Below, one piece after another: positions 35,781 through 46,100 of a DNA stretch of 64,000 nucleotides. The DNA comes from Candidatus Omnitrophota bacterium (lineage in GTDB: Bacteria > Omnitrophota > Gorgyraeia > Zapsychrales > JANLHA01). The position numbers were made by a program, and so were the translations under genes. Below the pieces are notes generated by a model. That model saw only the letters and a list, made by a program, of their open reading frames with translations. It was not told where the DNA came from and did not search any database. The number at the start of each line of letters is the position of its first letter. The stretch's first letter is position 1. Where the stretch lies: assembly GCA_029560465.1 (NCBI GenBank), contig JAKQKX010000082.1, positions 4,947 to 68,946 on the forward strand. The letters are read 5' to 3'.

Positions 35781-35824
35781 AAAATAAACTGGAGAGGGAA
35801 TAAATTTTATTTTTATTCCCCCTC
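35781..35824 (-). terminator. Intra-operon hairpin / possible terminator
   Basis: GGGAATAAA/TTTATTCCC stem followed by a T-rich tract on the minus strand. Confidence 0.45.
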
Positions 35825-35834
35825 GCGATAACGT

Positions 35835-36218
35835 TTACGCATCCTTCTCTATGTTGGCTTTTTCTAAAGTCTCAATACGAATTTGGATATCCTCAAGTTG
35901 CTTCTTTAAAAAGTCAGCTTGATTCTTTAAGAGATATGCTTCCTGTTTAGGCGTCATCTCAGACGTGTAGGGATATGCTCCGCCAAAAGCCGGCATCTCC
36001 ATTGAGGCTCCTTGCCAACCAGGAAGGCCGGTAGCATAAAACCAATTCCTGCGACCTCTGCCACCGCCGCGGCCCAAAGATCCTCTGCCTTGGCCCAAAG
36101 CACCTCTTCCAGGCAGGGGATTCGTATAACCGGGCATAGAATATCCGGCGCAGAAACCGGCTCCTCTTCCTGTCATCGGGCCTGTCCCCACAGGTCCAGT
36201 ATCATCTCCTCGTGGCAT
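35835..36218 (-). CDS. DUF5320 family protein
   Basis: MPRGDDTGPVGTGPMTGRGAGFCAG...RNWFYATGLPGW, then a coiled-coil end. Confidence 0.9.
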   Translation of the reverse strand: MPRGDDTGPVGTGPMTGRGAGFCAGYSMPGYTNPLPGRGALGQGRGSLGRGGGRGRRNWFYATGLPGWQGASMEMPAFGGAYPYTSEMTPKQEAYLLKNQADFLKKQLEDIQIRIETLEKANIEKDA

Positions 36219-36349
36219 ATCAAACACCCCCTTTCGTTTCCCTTCATCAATTTCAGCAGTTGTTGAATTTAATTTAACGACACAATATCCAAGCCCCTTT
36301 CCGCTTAACGATCTTTTTCCAAAGGGGCCTGTCCGTCAAAACCTGGCAT
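36219..36349 (-). pseudogene. Frameshifted upstream DUF5320-type repeat
   Basis: RBS GGAGGTG, then MPGFDG, a 1-nt shift near 36331, and TGPFGKRSLSGKGLGYC continuing in frame into the DUF5320 gene. Confidence 0.7.
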
Positions 36350-36373
36350 GGACATCACCTCCCATTTATAATA

Positions 36374-36390
36374 ATGGAAATCATTCCCAT
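36374..36390. promoter_or_regulatory. Fur-type box
   Basis: ATGGAAATCATTCCCAT, a near-palindrome similar to 36897-36913. Confidence 0.65.
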
Positions 36391-36413
36391 GATTGGCAAA
36401 AAAAATATAAACC

Positions 36414-36884
36414 TTATCTCTTAGCACATATTTTACATAGACCATAAAACTGAATTAGGTGATTAGTTATTTTAAATTCATATTTTTGACAAAGACCTTT
36501 TTCCGTTTCATTAAGCAATTTTACCTCTTCATCAATAAAATCCGTGTAGTCAATAACACGTTTACAACTAGTGCATATCAAATGATGGTGGTGCTGTGCT
36601 CCTTTAGGCCCTTCAGCCAATTCATAACGTGCTCTTTTGTCTCCGAAATCAAACTTGAAAATAAGACCTAAATTAGCCAATACATCTAATGTCCGATAAA
36701 TAGTTGTTAATCCGATGTTGGGGTATTTCGGATGCAGCTTCATGTAAATATCTTCAGCACTCAAATGGCCTTCGGATTTAGATAAAATATCAAGAATCGC
36801 CTCTCGTCCGGAAGTCAGTCGGTATCCACAACCCCTAAATTTTATATTCCACCATCCATGTCTGCGGCAGTTATTTTTTACCAT
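36414..36884 (-). CDS. fur: Fur-family transcriptional repressor
   Basis: RLTSGR, HLSAED, TTIYRTL, HHHHLICTSC and CKIC. Confidence 0.9.
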   Translation of the reverse strand: MVKNNCRRHGWWNIKFRGCGYRLTSGREAILDILSKSEGHLSAEDIYMKLHPKYPNIGLTTIYRTLDVLANLGLIFKFDFGDKRARYELAEGPKGAQHHHHLICTSCKRVIDYTDFIDEEVKLLNETEKGLCQKYEFKITNHLIQFYGLCKICAKR

Positions 36885-36896
36885 ACATTATCCTAT

Positions 36897-36947
36897 ATGA
36901 AAATGGTTTCCATTAGCAAATATATGTTATAAAACAACACTTGTCAA
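36897..36947 (-). promoter_or_regulatory. fur promoter and autoregulatory box
   Basis: TTGACA-17 bp-TATATT; ATGGAAACCATTTTCAT (minus strand) at 36913-36897. Confidence 0.7.
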
Positions 36948-37278
36948 CAATTTTTTACATTAATTAAGGGTCAATGTGGCCGGAGGTATGCCAAAGTGGG
37001 TTGAAACTCTTTGAAAAAGAAGGTCAGACGTCTCCTGAAACAGGGTTCTCAAAGACTCTATTTTTAAAAAGGAGGAAGAATCCACGACGCATGCAGGAAA
37101 CTGATAACAAGACAATACTCCGGGAGTCTGTGCGGCTTTGCGACAGATCCTGTAAAATTTAAGGTCTCGACGAGACGTTAACGTTGGTTTATCGGTTGAG
37201 ATGGACCACGGCCAGTGCTTTGGACATTGAGCCCGGCAACTCCCCTTGTAGCTACACCTCAAGGCTTGGGGTCCCTTT

Positions 37279-38715
37279 TCAATCTCCCGTGTGGTCAAGC
37301 CTTAAGATTCTCCACTCAATCCAATCCAGCGGCACCCGGCCTCTATATGTGCGAACACTCGTCAGAATACGTTCAGGGTTCCCCAGCGTTTCCAAGGGTA
37401 TCCTTATAGTTATTTCACGTGATTTTCGGTCAACCTCAATGATCTCGGCCTTTAGCGATTTCCCCTGGTCATACACCCGGTAGGATTCAGTTTTTAACAG
37501 CACGTGCAACTTCGGCATATTGGAAAAAGGAGAATCTGCTCGATAGCCGAAAACGTACAAGGAAGCCGTTATCTTACTGTCAATAGGCCTCGATAGGCGC
37601 AAGGTAAAAACGAGAGTTTTATTTTCAAGAGAGAGGAATTCTTCTTCTATTCCAACAAAATCCACCCGTTCTTCTTCAATAAGTTCTTCGGGGAGTTCAT
37701 TAAGGTAATCTTGGGCATGCTGAACCAGGCTATTTTTTATCCCTCTTTCCTTTAAGAGTATCTGGGGAAAATCGCCGTATAATTCATTGCGGCGCAGAAA
37801 AGAAAGAAGATATTTCGAATTAGATATATATTGGGAACGATGTGCCATGATCGCGTTCCTATTATTCTCGATCTCTTGCGTTGTCAAATCAACGACGCTC
37901 CAGCGAATCTCTTTATTGAGAGCAGCAGGCGGCATAAGTGCGGCTTGCGGCTTATAGCCCTTTAGTTTGGGCCAATTTTTAAAATGGATCAGGTAAGGAT
38001 ATAAGGTTGGTTTAATTTCATCCTCAAGTTCCCATAGAGCAATCTGAGTAAAAAGATACAAAGCCCTGTGGTCCGGGTTATGATCGGCAGGATGGGACAA
38101 GAACACCTTGGTCGGGTTGAATTCACGCAGAATATTCTTCAGGTCTTTGACTATTTCATCGCCTTTATAAGGCGCTCCTGGCCTAAAGGCATTTGAGTAA
38201 GGGACCGCGTTGACCCGGGAGAGCATACTTTTAGCCGCTGGCCGGTCATCCCCCCAATGTCTGCGCCAGAGCGTCAGTGTCCGGAAGTCCGGATACCCCA
38301 AAAAAATCATTTGTTGCGGTGTCAGCCCCAAAAATTTCCCCGCATGAAGAGCTTCCTCGCGACGAGTCTCTCCCATGATTCGGACTGCTTTAGGTTTGAT
38401 GACAGGGTGTTTCCGGTAAACTAAAAAAGACCATTGGTTGTTATCTCCATAAGTCAGGAAAACCACCTTGAGAGGCAATTTCATGCTCAAGGATTTTTGA
38501 ATGATACCACCGCAACCCAAGACTTCATCATCGGGATGAGGAGCTAAGATTATGATGCGGTCATCCGGGGTTAATGAGATCTCCGGTGAAGTTAACTCCT
38601 GTTTGTTTTCTTGCGCGGTCGCGGCAAACGGCAAAAGGAAATTTAGAGAAAGGATAGGGAGGAATATCCCTGTCAGTAATATCCACCGATAATTAAAGTT
38701 TTTTCCCAAAGACAT
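37279..38715 (-). CDS. Exported PIG-L/LmbE family deacetylase
   Basis: APHPDDE, LTYGD, RREEA, LGYPD and NPDH; signal peptide. Start is uncertain. Confidence 0.88.
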   Translation of the reverse strand: MSLGKNFNYRWILLTGIFLPILSLNFLLPFAATAQENKQELTSPEISLTPDDRIIILAPHPDDEVLGCGGIIQKSLSMKLPLKVVFLTYGDNNQWSFLVYRKHPVIKPKAVRIMGETRREEALHAGKFLGLTPQQMIFLGYPDFRTLTLWRRHWGDDRPAAKSMLSRVNAVPYSNAFRPGAPYKGDEIVKDLKNILREFNPTKVFLSHPADHNPDHRALYLFTQIALWELEDEIKPTLYPYLIHFKNWPKLKGYKPQAALMPPAALNKEIRWSVVDLTTQEIENNRNAIMAHRSQYISNSKYLLSFLRRNELYGDFPQILLKERGIKNSLVQHAQDYLNELPEELIEEERVDFVGIEEEFLSLENKTLVFTLRLSRPIDSKITASLYVFGYRADSPFSNMPKLHVLLKTESYRVYDQGKSLKAEIIEVDRKSREITIRIPLETLGNPERILTSVRTYRGRVPLDWIEWRILRLDHTGD

Positions 38716-39334
38716 ACGAAGTGACCTCGCCGGCAATAACAGATTTTAAATAAGATCGTTTTCGGGCGTATAAGATATCGAATCCCATTTTCAGAAAGAA
38801 ATTTTTTGCTTTTTCTGAGAACGTGCTGAGCTGGACACCTTTTATCTGCTGCTGTTTCAAAAAGTTGATGTAAACTTCTATCAGCCGTCCGCCGATATCC
38901 TGTCCGCGGCAGCTTTTATCTATGTTGATGTGTAGCGTTGCCGGGAATTCCTTAGAATAATCGGGGACCAAAAATTCGCCCTTGAAGAAACCCAAAACAC
39001 ACCGGAAGAAAAAATTTAAATTTGTTTTATTTAAAAAGGCCTTCCTGTAAAACACCTTGACCAGCAAGGATGGAAGGATCCTTCTTTTGATGATGCGTTT
39101 CATGCGCGGGATATGAATTGAACCGATTAAATACCCGACAACTTTGGAGCCGTCCGTGGCCACAAAGCATGAATGCGGTTCAAAATCCGTGAAATATAAA
39201 GACAAAAAATCAGCTAAGAGCTCATCGTCTTTGAAAATCAGCCCGCGATCTGACTCCAGGAAGGCCGTCTCACAGCACAGCCGCCGGACGTCCGCCCTAT
39301 CCTGGATAGAAAATTTTCGAATATTATACGTCAT
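38693..39334 (-). CDS. GNAT family N-acetyltransferase
   Basis: LHINIDKSCRGQDIGGRLI...NFFLKMGF. Confidence 0.88.
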   Translation of the reverse strand: MTYNIRKFSIQDRADVRRLCCETAFLESDRGLIFKDDELLADFLSLYFTDFEPHSCFVATDGSKVVGYLIGSIHIPRMKRIIKRRILPSLLVKVFYRKAFLNKTNLNFFFRCVLGFFKGEFLVPDYSKEFPATLHINIDKSCRGQDIGGRLIEVYINFLKQQQIKGVQLSTFSEKAKNFFLKMGFDILYARKRSYLKSVIAGEVTSYVFGKKL

Positions 39335-39397
39335 GATTTCTGGAGAACGGTTACAATCCTTTGCGATGTTTCCAGAACCAGGCTGCGGTAGCGTTGG

Positions 39398-40186
39398 TTA
39401 ATTGATAAAAACATCCCCGCGCAAGGTCCCGAATTTTGTAAAACATATGTGTGACGTCATTAAAATTGTCAGCAGAACACTGAACAGAGTACTCACGACA
39501 ATAGCGATCATGATCATCAACTGATATTTGATGGCGACTTCGGGGGTGGCTCCACCGAGAATAACACCCGTCATCATCCCGGGAAGGGCCACGATTCCGA
39601 TCGTCGCCATAGACGCGAGTGTCGGTTTAAGCGCGAGCCGGACACTTTCCTGTATATAAGGGCGGGCGGCTTCGCTTTGGGTTGCCCCGAGCGAAAGCAC
39701 ATAGAGGTATTTTTTTGTGTCTTTCCTGATGCTCCTGTAGAAAGTGTCTATGCCTACAATGTTGCCTCTTAAGGAATTCCCCAGAAGCATCCCCCCTAGC
39801 ACAATCAGGTACCGGGCGTCAAAGACGTCGTTTATCCTGATGACAAAGAAATTAAGATAAAAAAGTATTGAAAGAGTTGTCAGCGCAAACGAGGCAAACA
39901 CCGGCAAGAAAATTTTTCCCGGTTTCATGGCGGAGCCTCGGATGGCTGAAAAGACCGCGACAAGGATCATGATAACAAGCCAGGCTAAGTTCAAGACGGC
40001 ATTATTCCAGAAGAAAAGGTATTTTAGGAACACGCCGATCAGGAGCAGTTGAACCGACATCCTCGCCACAGAACTTAACAGGGGTTTGATAACACCAAGG
40101 TTATAAGCACGGCTCAAGATGACAGGGAGAGCGAGCAAGAGAAAAACCAAAGATAAGGCGGGCAAGGAAATATTTATTGTTTCCAT
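39398..40186 (-). CDS. ABC permease, FetB/UPF0014 family
   Basis: RMSVQLLLIG, GMLLGN, LGAT and GIVALPGMMTG...YQ. Confidence 0.9.
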   Translation of the reverse strand: METINISLPALSLVFLLLALPVILSRAYNLGVIKPLLSSVARMSVQLLLIGVFLKYLFFWNNAVLNLAWLVIMILVAVFSAIRGSAMKPGKIFLPVFASFALTTLSILFYLNFFVIRINDVFDARYLIVLGGMLLGNSLRGNIVGIDTFYRSIRKDTKKYLYVLSLGATQSEAARPYIQESVRLALKPTLASMATIGIVALPGMMTGVILGGATPEVAIKYQLMIMIAIVVSTLFSVLLTILMTSHICFTKFGTLRGDVFIN

Positions 40187-40812
40187 TCTGTGGCCTCCAG
40201 GTCAAAGACCCGTACGGAAGGGCTGTCCAGCCAGACAGGATCATGGGATATGCTAAGAACTGTCCAGTCAGCGCGCCCTGTGAAAAAAGTTGCCACTTTC
40301 CTTTTTAGATTTTTGTCCAGCGCGGAAGTGGCTTCATCCAGGAAGAAGACATCTCTTTTAAGCAGAACGGAGACAAGGAGCGCGGCTCTTTGTCTCTCCC
40401 CGCCCGATAAATCGGAGGCGCCCTTCTCCAGCGTGTCCGGGCTTAATTCGAAGAAATCCAGCAGTTCTTTGATCGTTTTATTGCTGAAATCCAAAGAACG
40501 ATTGGCCTCGAACCCGGACACAAGCGCGAACCAATCCGCGATTTTATAATTCCCGATACTGACGTCCTGATCGACGAACGCAACCTTCCGGCGGATGTCC
40601 CACACGCTGTCCTCGTTGAGCGGGAGCCGGTCAAAAAGCACATGACCGCTTTGCGGCAGGATAAATCCAAGGGCGAGAGCGAAAAGTGAAGATTTGCCGA
40701 GCCCTGAGGTGCCCCGGATAACGACTTTTTCTCCTCGCCGAATGCCCAAGGAAAAATTTTTAAAAATTGTTTTAAAGCCGAAATTCAAACTTATTTGTTT
40801 ATATTCGATCAT
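40174..40812 (-). CDS. ABC ATP-binding protein, FetA-like
   Basis: GTSGLGKS, LSGGERQR, LDEATSALD and SHD. Confidence 0.9.
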   Translation of the reverse strand: MIEYKQISLNFGFKTIFKNFSLGIRRGEKVVIRGTSGLGKSSLFALALGFILPQSGHVLFDRLPLNEDSVWDIRRKVAFVDQDVSIGNYKIADWFALVSGFEANRSLDFSNKTIKELLDFFELSPDTLEKGASDLSGGERQRAALLVSVLLKRDVFFLDEATSALDKNLKRKVATFFTGRADWTVLSISHDPVWLDSPSVRVFDLEATEWKQ

Positions 40813-40866
40813 GTTAAAATTCCGTATTCCCAACCCCTGATGATAAGCAAGATCATTTAAGGCGTT

Positions 40867-41661
40867 TTACGCTCTTAGAGCGTAATAATATCCTTTTTTT
40901 GTTGTAATTTCAACCGGAGAACCGAACAGCTTGCTGATATTCCCACTCGTCAAAACAGAGTCCTTGGCTCCGTCTTGATAAAGTTTCCCTCCCTTCATCA
41001 GGATGACCCGTTTGATCTCGGGGATGATATCGGAAAGGTTTTGGGTCACCAGAATCACGCTCGTCCCCGATTTTGTAATTTTCCGTATCATGTCAGTGAA
41101 TTTATACATAGCATGAAGGTCAAGGTTGTTGGTGGGTTCGTCCAGGATCAGCGCCTTCGGGGCGTGGACCAAAGCCCTGGCGATTAAGAAACGCCGTGCT
41201 TCGCCTGAAGACATTTCATTCATATTCCTGTGCTGCAGGGGCCTGATCTCCAGAAAGTCAATGGCTTCTTGGGCCTTTTTCTTCATCTTGGGAGTCAGGC
41301 GTTCCTTATATAATCCTATACTGCTGAAAAAACCGGACAGGACAACGTCGAGGCCCGAGGTGTCTCTGGTGCAGGCGGCTTGAAGGTCATTGGAAACAAT
41401 CCCCAGTAACTTTCTTAGTTCAAAGACATTCCACTGATCCTGCCCCCATATCCAGAAGGAACAGCTTTTATCCGCATGGATGGGATAATATTCCTTGGTG
41501 ATGACTTTGATCAATGACGATTTGCCGGCGCCATTGGGCCCCAAGATGGCCATGTTATCTCCTTCATAAATCTTAAGCGACAGGGAATCGAGGACCTTCC
41601 TCCCTCCTTTAACAACCGTCAGGCGGTTAAACTCTAATAAAGGCGGTTTTTCGTTTTTCAT
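40867..41661 (-). CDS. ABC ATP-binding protein (ModF-like, single domain)
   Basis: GPNGAGKS, MSSGE and ILDEPT; the H-loop reads VTQ. Confidence 0.88.
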   Translation of the reverse strand: MKNEKPPLLEFNRLTVVKGGRKVLDSLSLKIYEGDNMAILGPNGAGKSSLIKVITKEYYPIHADKSCSFWIWGQDQWNVFELRKLLGIVSNDLQAACTRDTSGLDVVLSGFFSSIGLYKERLTPKMKKKAQEAIDFLEIRPLQHRNMNEMSSGEARRFLIARALVHAPKALILDEPTNNLDLHAMYKFTDMIRKITKSGTSVILVTQNLSDIIPEIKRVILMKGGKLYQDGAKDSVLTSGNISKLFGSPVEITTKKGYYYALRA

Positions 41662-41700
41662 GCGTGTTTTTTTTGTCCCGTTTATTTGATCCAAGGGCCT

Positions 41701-43158
41701 TTAATGTCCGTGCCCGCGTGCTTTGTCAACCAGATGGTCGGTCAGGCGCAGCCACTCCAGGAGGAGTTTTTTGAGCTCGACAATATGGATGATCTTGTTG
41801 AACTTATTGACGTCAACCGTGTTGACCGCGTCGATATAATCGTTCAGGGAAATTTTTCCGAATGAATAATTCCGCGTTTCGTCCGTTAAAACGGCTTCGG
41901 ATAATTTGATTTTCTCGTCTGTCAGGCGGATGAGCTCTTTTTCCCGCGATATCTTTAAGTGCAGGTTCCTTAAGTCCGTGTATAATTCCAGATATTTGTT
42001 CTGGTGGGTCAGCCGGGTTTTTTGCAGGTCAATCTCGGCGGTTTTATGTTCCGCGCGGTCCTTCTGGCCCGGGAAGGGCCATTCCAGGGACACCCCGGCG
42101 TAAACCATATTATCTTCGTCTTTGATCCCCCATCGGGTCCCTTCCACGGTATAGCCAAGGAGCAGGTTTGTCGAGGGCAGAAGGTCATCTGCGTTTTTCT
42201 TGACATCAAGGGTGCTTTTTTCTTCTAACAGCTTGAGGATCGCATATGTCCGGCTAGAGGTGGTAAATTGCCTGTACCCTTCCTCAAAATCTACTTCGAA
42301 ATCATGGAATCCGGAGGGGTCCTGAGGGACCCATTCAATCTTGTCATCAGCGCGTATGGCGGTTATAACAAGATTCGTGTGATTGTTATAGGCTTCTTTC
42401 AATGAAATCATGTTTTCTTCTTTGGCGATAACAAGCAGCTGGACCTTGTTAACGTCGACAGGGAGGGCGATCTTACTGGCGGCCCTACGGTTCATATTAT
42501 CCAGCAACTGTTTGTTCTGCTCATAAGAGGATTTCCCTATCTTCAGGTTTTCATAGGCCGAATACCAATTATAGTAGATGTTAATAAGGCTGGCCAGATA
42601 ATCCTCATAGGCTTCGGTAATTTGATAGCGGATGACATCGATCTCAATGCCCGTGATTTTATCCTGCAGCCGGGTGGCGTGGCCGAACGCGTTTTCCGCA
42701 ATCGGCTGGGAGATCAGGAAATCCATCCGGGATTTCTCCGTCGTCGAACTGACAGACGGGATATTTTCATACGACACGGAAACATGCGTGCCGCTCCCGG
42801 GAAAAAGCTTGTCCAGGCCCACTGCCACTTCAGGGTCCTCCCTTTTTTGGTTCAGAATAAAATCATATTGCCCTTTGACAGACAAAATAATATCCCGTCC
42901 CGGCAGAAGCAAATCCCTGCGGTACTGGAGTTTTAATTCATCAATCAGTATCTGCTCAAAGACGGTGTCATTCTTGCTGGCAAGCCGGATAAAATCCCCG
43001 ATGGTTAACACCCTGGCCTCAGGGCTTTCTAAATCCGCCGTTGTCGCCATGCCGGGGCCGGCGGCCGAACCGCCCCCAGAGAAGCCAAGCAGGCATCCCG
43101 CCAGGAACAGGGCAGTGACAGCCCGGGTTATTCTTAAATCAGAAATTATTTTTTTCAT
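41701..43158 (-). CDS. TolC family outer-membrane efflux protein
   Basis: Signal peptide, alternating beta/helical OEP pattern, coupled to the RND gene. Confidence 0.8.
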   Translation of the reverse strand: MKKIISDLRITRAVTALFLAGCLLGFSGGGSAAGPGMATTADLESPEARVLTIGDFIRLASKNDTVFEQILIDELKLQYRRDLLLPGRDIILSVKGQYDFILNQKREDPEVAVGLDKLFPGSGTHVSVSYENIPSVSSTTEKSRMDFLISQPIAENAFGHATRLQDKITGIEIDVIRYQITEAYEDYLASLINIYYNWYSAYENLKIGKSSYEQNKQLLDNMNRRAASKIALPVDVNKVQLLVIAKEENMISLKEAYNNHTNLVITAIRADDKIEWVPQDPSGFHDFEVDFEEGYRQFTTSSRTYAILKLLEEKSTLDVKKNADDLLPSTNLLLGYTVEGTRWGIKDEDNMVYAGVSLEWPFPGQKDRAEHKTAEIDLQKTRLTHQNKYLELYTDLRNLHLKISREKELIRLTDEKIKLSEAVLTDETRNYSFGKISLNDYIDAVNTVDVNKFNKIIHIVELKKLLLEWLRLTDHLVDKARGHGH

Positions 43159-46100
43159 TTTAAAAACCCCAGGGCTGATTTGAGCATGACCCTGCTTTCC
43201 TGCATAAAACTATAAATACAAGGGACCAGCAGAAGAGTGATGAACGTTCCGAAGCATAATCCCCAGGCCATCGCGAGCATCATGTCCGCGAGCATTGCGT
43301 CGTAACCGGCCACGCCGTAGGCGGTGGGGAACAGCCCGGCCACCGTTGTTAAGGTTGTCAGGAGCACCGCGCGCAGACGGGTCTGGGCGGTCCGGCTTAT
43401 CAGGGTGTTTATTTCGGAAGAATTCATGCATTTGATTTTCGCGAATTCTTCATCCAGCCTGGAAAGCATAATGATGGAGTCGTTGATGACAACCCCCGCC
43501 AGCCCCAAAGCCCCGATGGCGGCGAAAAAGCCGAAAAGAATTTTGCCGTGGAACCAGAAAGCTAAAATAATCCCCACCAGGCCGAAGGGAATCGCCAGCA
43601 TGATAATCAGCGGTCTGGTCAATGAATTAAATAGAGTCGCTAAAACTGAAAAAATCAGAAAAAGGACCAGGATAATCCCTTTGCGCAGGTCCCCTTGCGA
43701 TTCGCGTGTGTCCTGGATTTCACCGATAAAAGCGATGGTTGTTGAAGGATGGTCAGCCGTGACATGAGGAAAGACATTATTTTCAAGATTGACGGCGATT
43801 TCCAGAGGGGTTAAGCCTGTTTTAGGCTTGATGTCCGCGTAAACGGTGGTGGTGCGTTTCCGGTCACGGCGGGAAATGGAAATCGGCGTCGTGGTCTGCT
43901 GGACGTTGACTAGGTCCCCCAAAGGTACGAGGTAATTGTTGCGGTTCTCAACGGGCACTTTGAGGATGTCGTTGATATCCTTTTTGGCTTCATCAATGAT
44001 TGACAGCCTCACGTCGATTTCCTCGTCGCCTTTGGGCAATTCATACAGGACCGTGCCCTCCAGGGCGGCGCGGAAAGCGTTTGATATATCCCCGGCGCTT
44101 ATATCGAGCCGTTTGATCCTTTCTCTCTTAAGATCGATTTTATATTCCGGGATTGGCATAGGCCGCTCGATGTCGACATTGATCAGGGCCTGGTGCATTT
44201 TCATGAGTTCAGCGAGTTTGTGGGCGGCCTGCTCCCTCAGGCCGTCGTCGTTTTCCTGAACGATAATTTCAATCGCGCTGCCGCTTGATTGGCCCCAGCG
44301 GCTTTTCTGGATGGTCATCTCCTTGAGGCCTTTGATTTTGTCGATGTCTTTTTTCCACAGGGCGATCAGCTGGTCAGCCGACTGGGCCCTTTTTTCCTTG
44401 GGGACAATTTCAATGACCGCCCGGAAACGGTTTTCTTCAACCCCGCTTCCACGCCGGCTGCGGGCGATTTCGGTCCTCACGCCGATGACTTCCCTGCCCA
44501 AGAACGGCTTGATGATCTCTTCGATCTCGCGCGTTAAGGCGGCGGTGTCATAACGGTCATAGTCGTCGAGCGCTTCGCCGCTGACCATCACCTCCCTCGT
44601 TTCTTCGTTCGGGAACATGACGAATTTCATTTTCTGGGTCATGATCAACCACGACATTCCCAAAAGGAGAATGAATATTGATAGGACCACCATTTTATAC
44701 GGCAAGATTTTAACAAGGAGGCCGCCGTAAGCATCCTCGACTTTCTCGAACCAGTGCGCGCGGGTCTCGGCGATCGTGTGCTTCTTCCTTCGCCAATAAT
44801 TATTAAGGTGCGGGATTTCAAAATGCATGTGTCCCGGTAAAATAATTAACGCTTCCAGCAAGCTTGAACCCAGCATCAAAAAAATAATGGGCGGGATGAA
44901 CCGGTTGATCTGCCCAAAGCGGCCGGTGAAGAAAAACAGGGGGACAAAGGCGATACAGGTCGTCATGACGCTGGCCATGACCGGCAAGAAAACACTGGCC
45001 GTCCCTTTGACCGCCGCATCGTGCGAGCTCATCCCCTGCGCGCGGAGCCGCGCGATATTCTCGGTCACGACAATCGCGTCATCAACCACCATCCCCATGA
45101 CGATAATGACCGCGGCCAGCGTGATGTTGTTGATAGAATAATCCAGTAAAAAGGCGGCTAACAACGTGAAGCAGATCGTGAAAGGGATTCCCATGGCGAC
45201 CCAGAAACCCGATTTTTTGTCCAGGAACAAGAAAAGGAAAAACAGGATCAGGAAAAAACCGATCGAGCCGTTGACGGCGATGATGGACAGGCGGTTGCGC
45301 AGGTCGGTTGCCTCATCATCCATCACAGTGATCGCGACCGGGCTGTTTTGAAGGAAGTTCCTTTGGAAACGTTCGATTTCACGCAAGACAGCCGAGATGG
45401 AATTCAAGATGCCGTAAGACGTGTTTTTGACGACGTTGAGGATAACGGCTTCATGGCCGTTGACTTTGATGATTTCCTTCTTGGTGTTGAACCCGGATTG
45501 CAATTGAGCAATGTCTTTTAACGGGATCGCTTTGCCCTCAAATCCGGCTTGAATAATCAAATGATCGAGTTTCTCGATTGTGTCCAGCTGGGAATTCAAG
45601 GTGACCTTGGGTTCATTTTTGGTTTCAATGTTCCCGGCCGGTTGGCGCACATGATTGTCTTTCACCGTGTGCATGACCTGGCTGATGGGAATTTCATATT
45701 CGATCAATTTGGCCGGGTCCACTTTGATCTGGATTTCTTCCTGCAGGTAGCCGGACTTATTGAAACTGTTGATCTGCGGAAGATTCAGCAACTGGTTTTC
45801 CAGGGCGTGCGCGTATTCCTGGAGGAGTTTGCGGTCAGCCGTGTCCATGAGGTGTTTCCCCGTGTGGTAGAGGGCGACGTCCATGATGGCCATCTTAGCG
45901 GTCTTAAAGACACGCACGGTCGGGTCATCCCGCACGTCATCCGGCAAATCAACATCGAGGACCGCGTTGCGGATTTCGGTGATCACTTCATCCTTGTCAG
46001 GATAATCCTTCTCGATCTCAACAGTTATATTGGTTGTCCCTTCGGTGGCGCTGCTGGTGACGCGGTATACGCCGTCAATGCCCTGAATTTCGTCCTCGAT

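Noticed and set aside
36960-37298. 112-aa minus ORF, and a plus-strand NVAGGMPKW rhodanese-like snippet
   Set aside because: The composition is atypical, there is no supported start and the match is too short.
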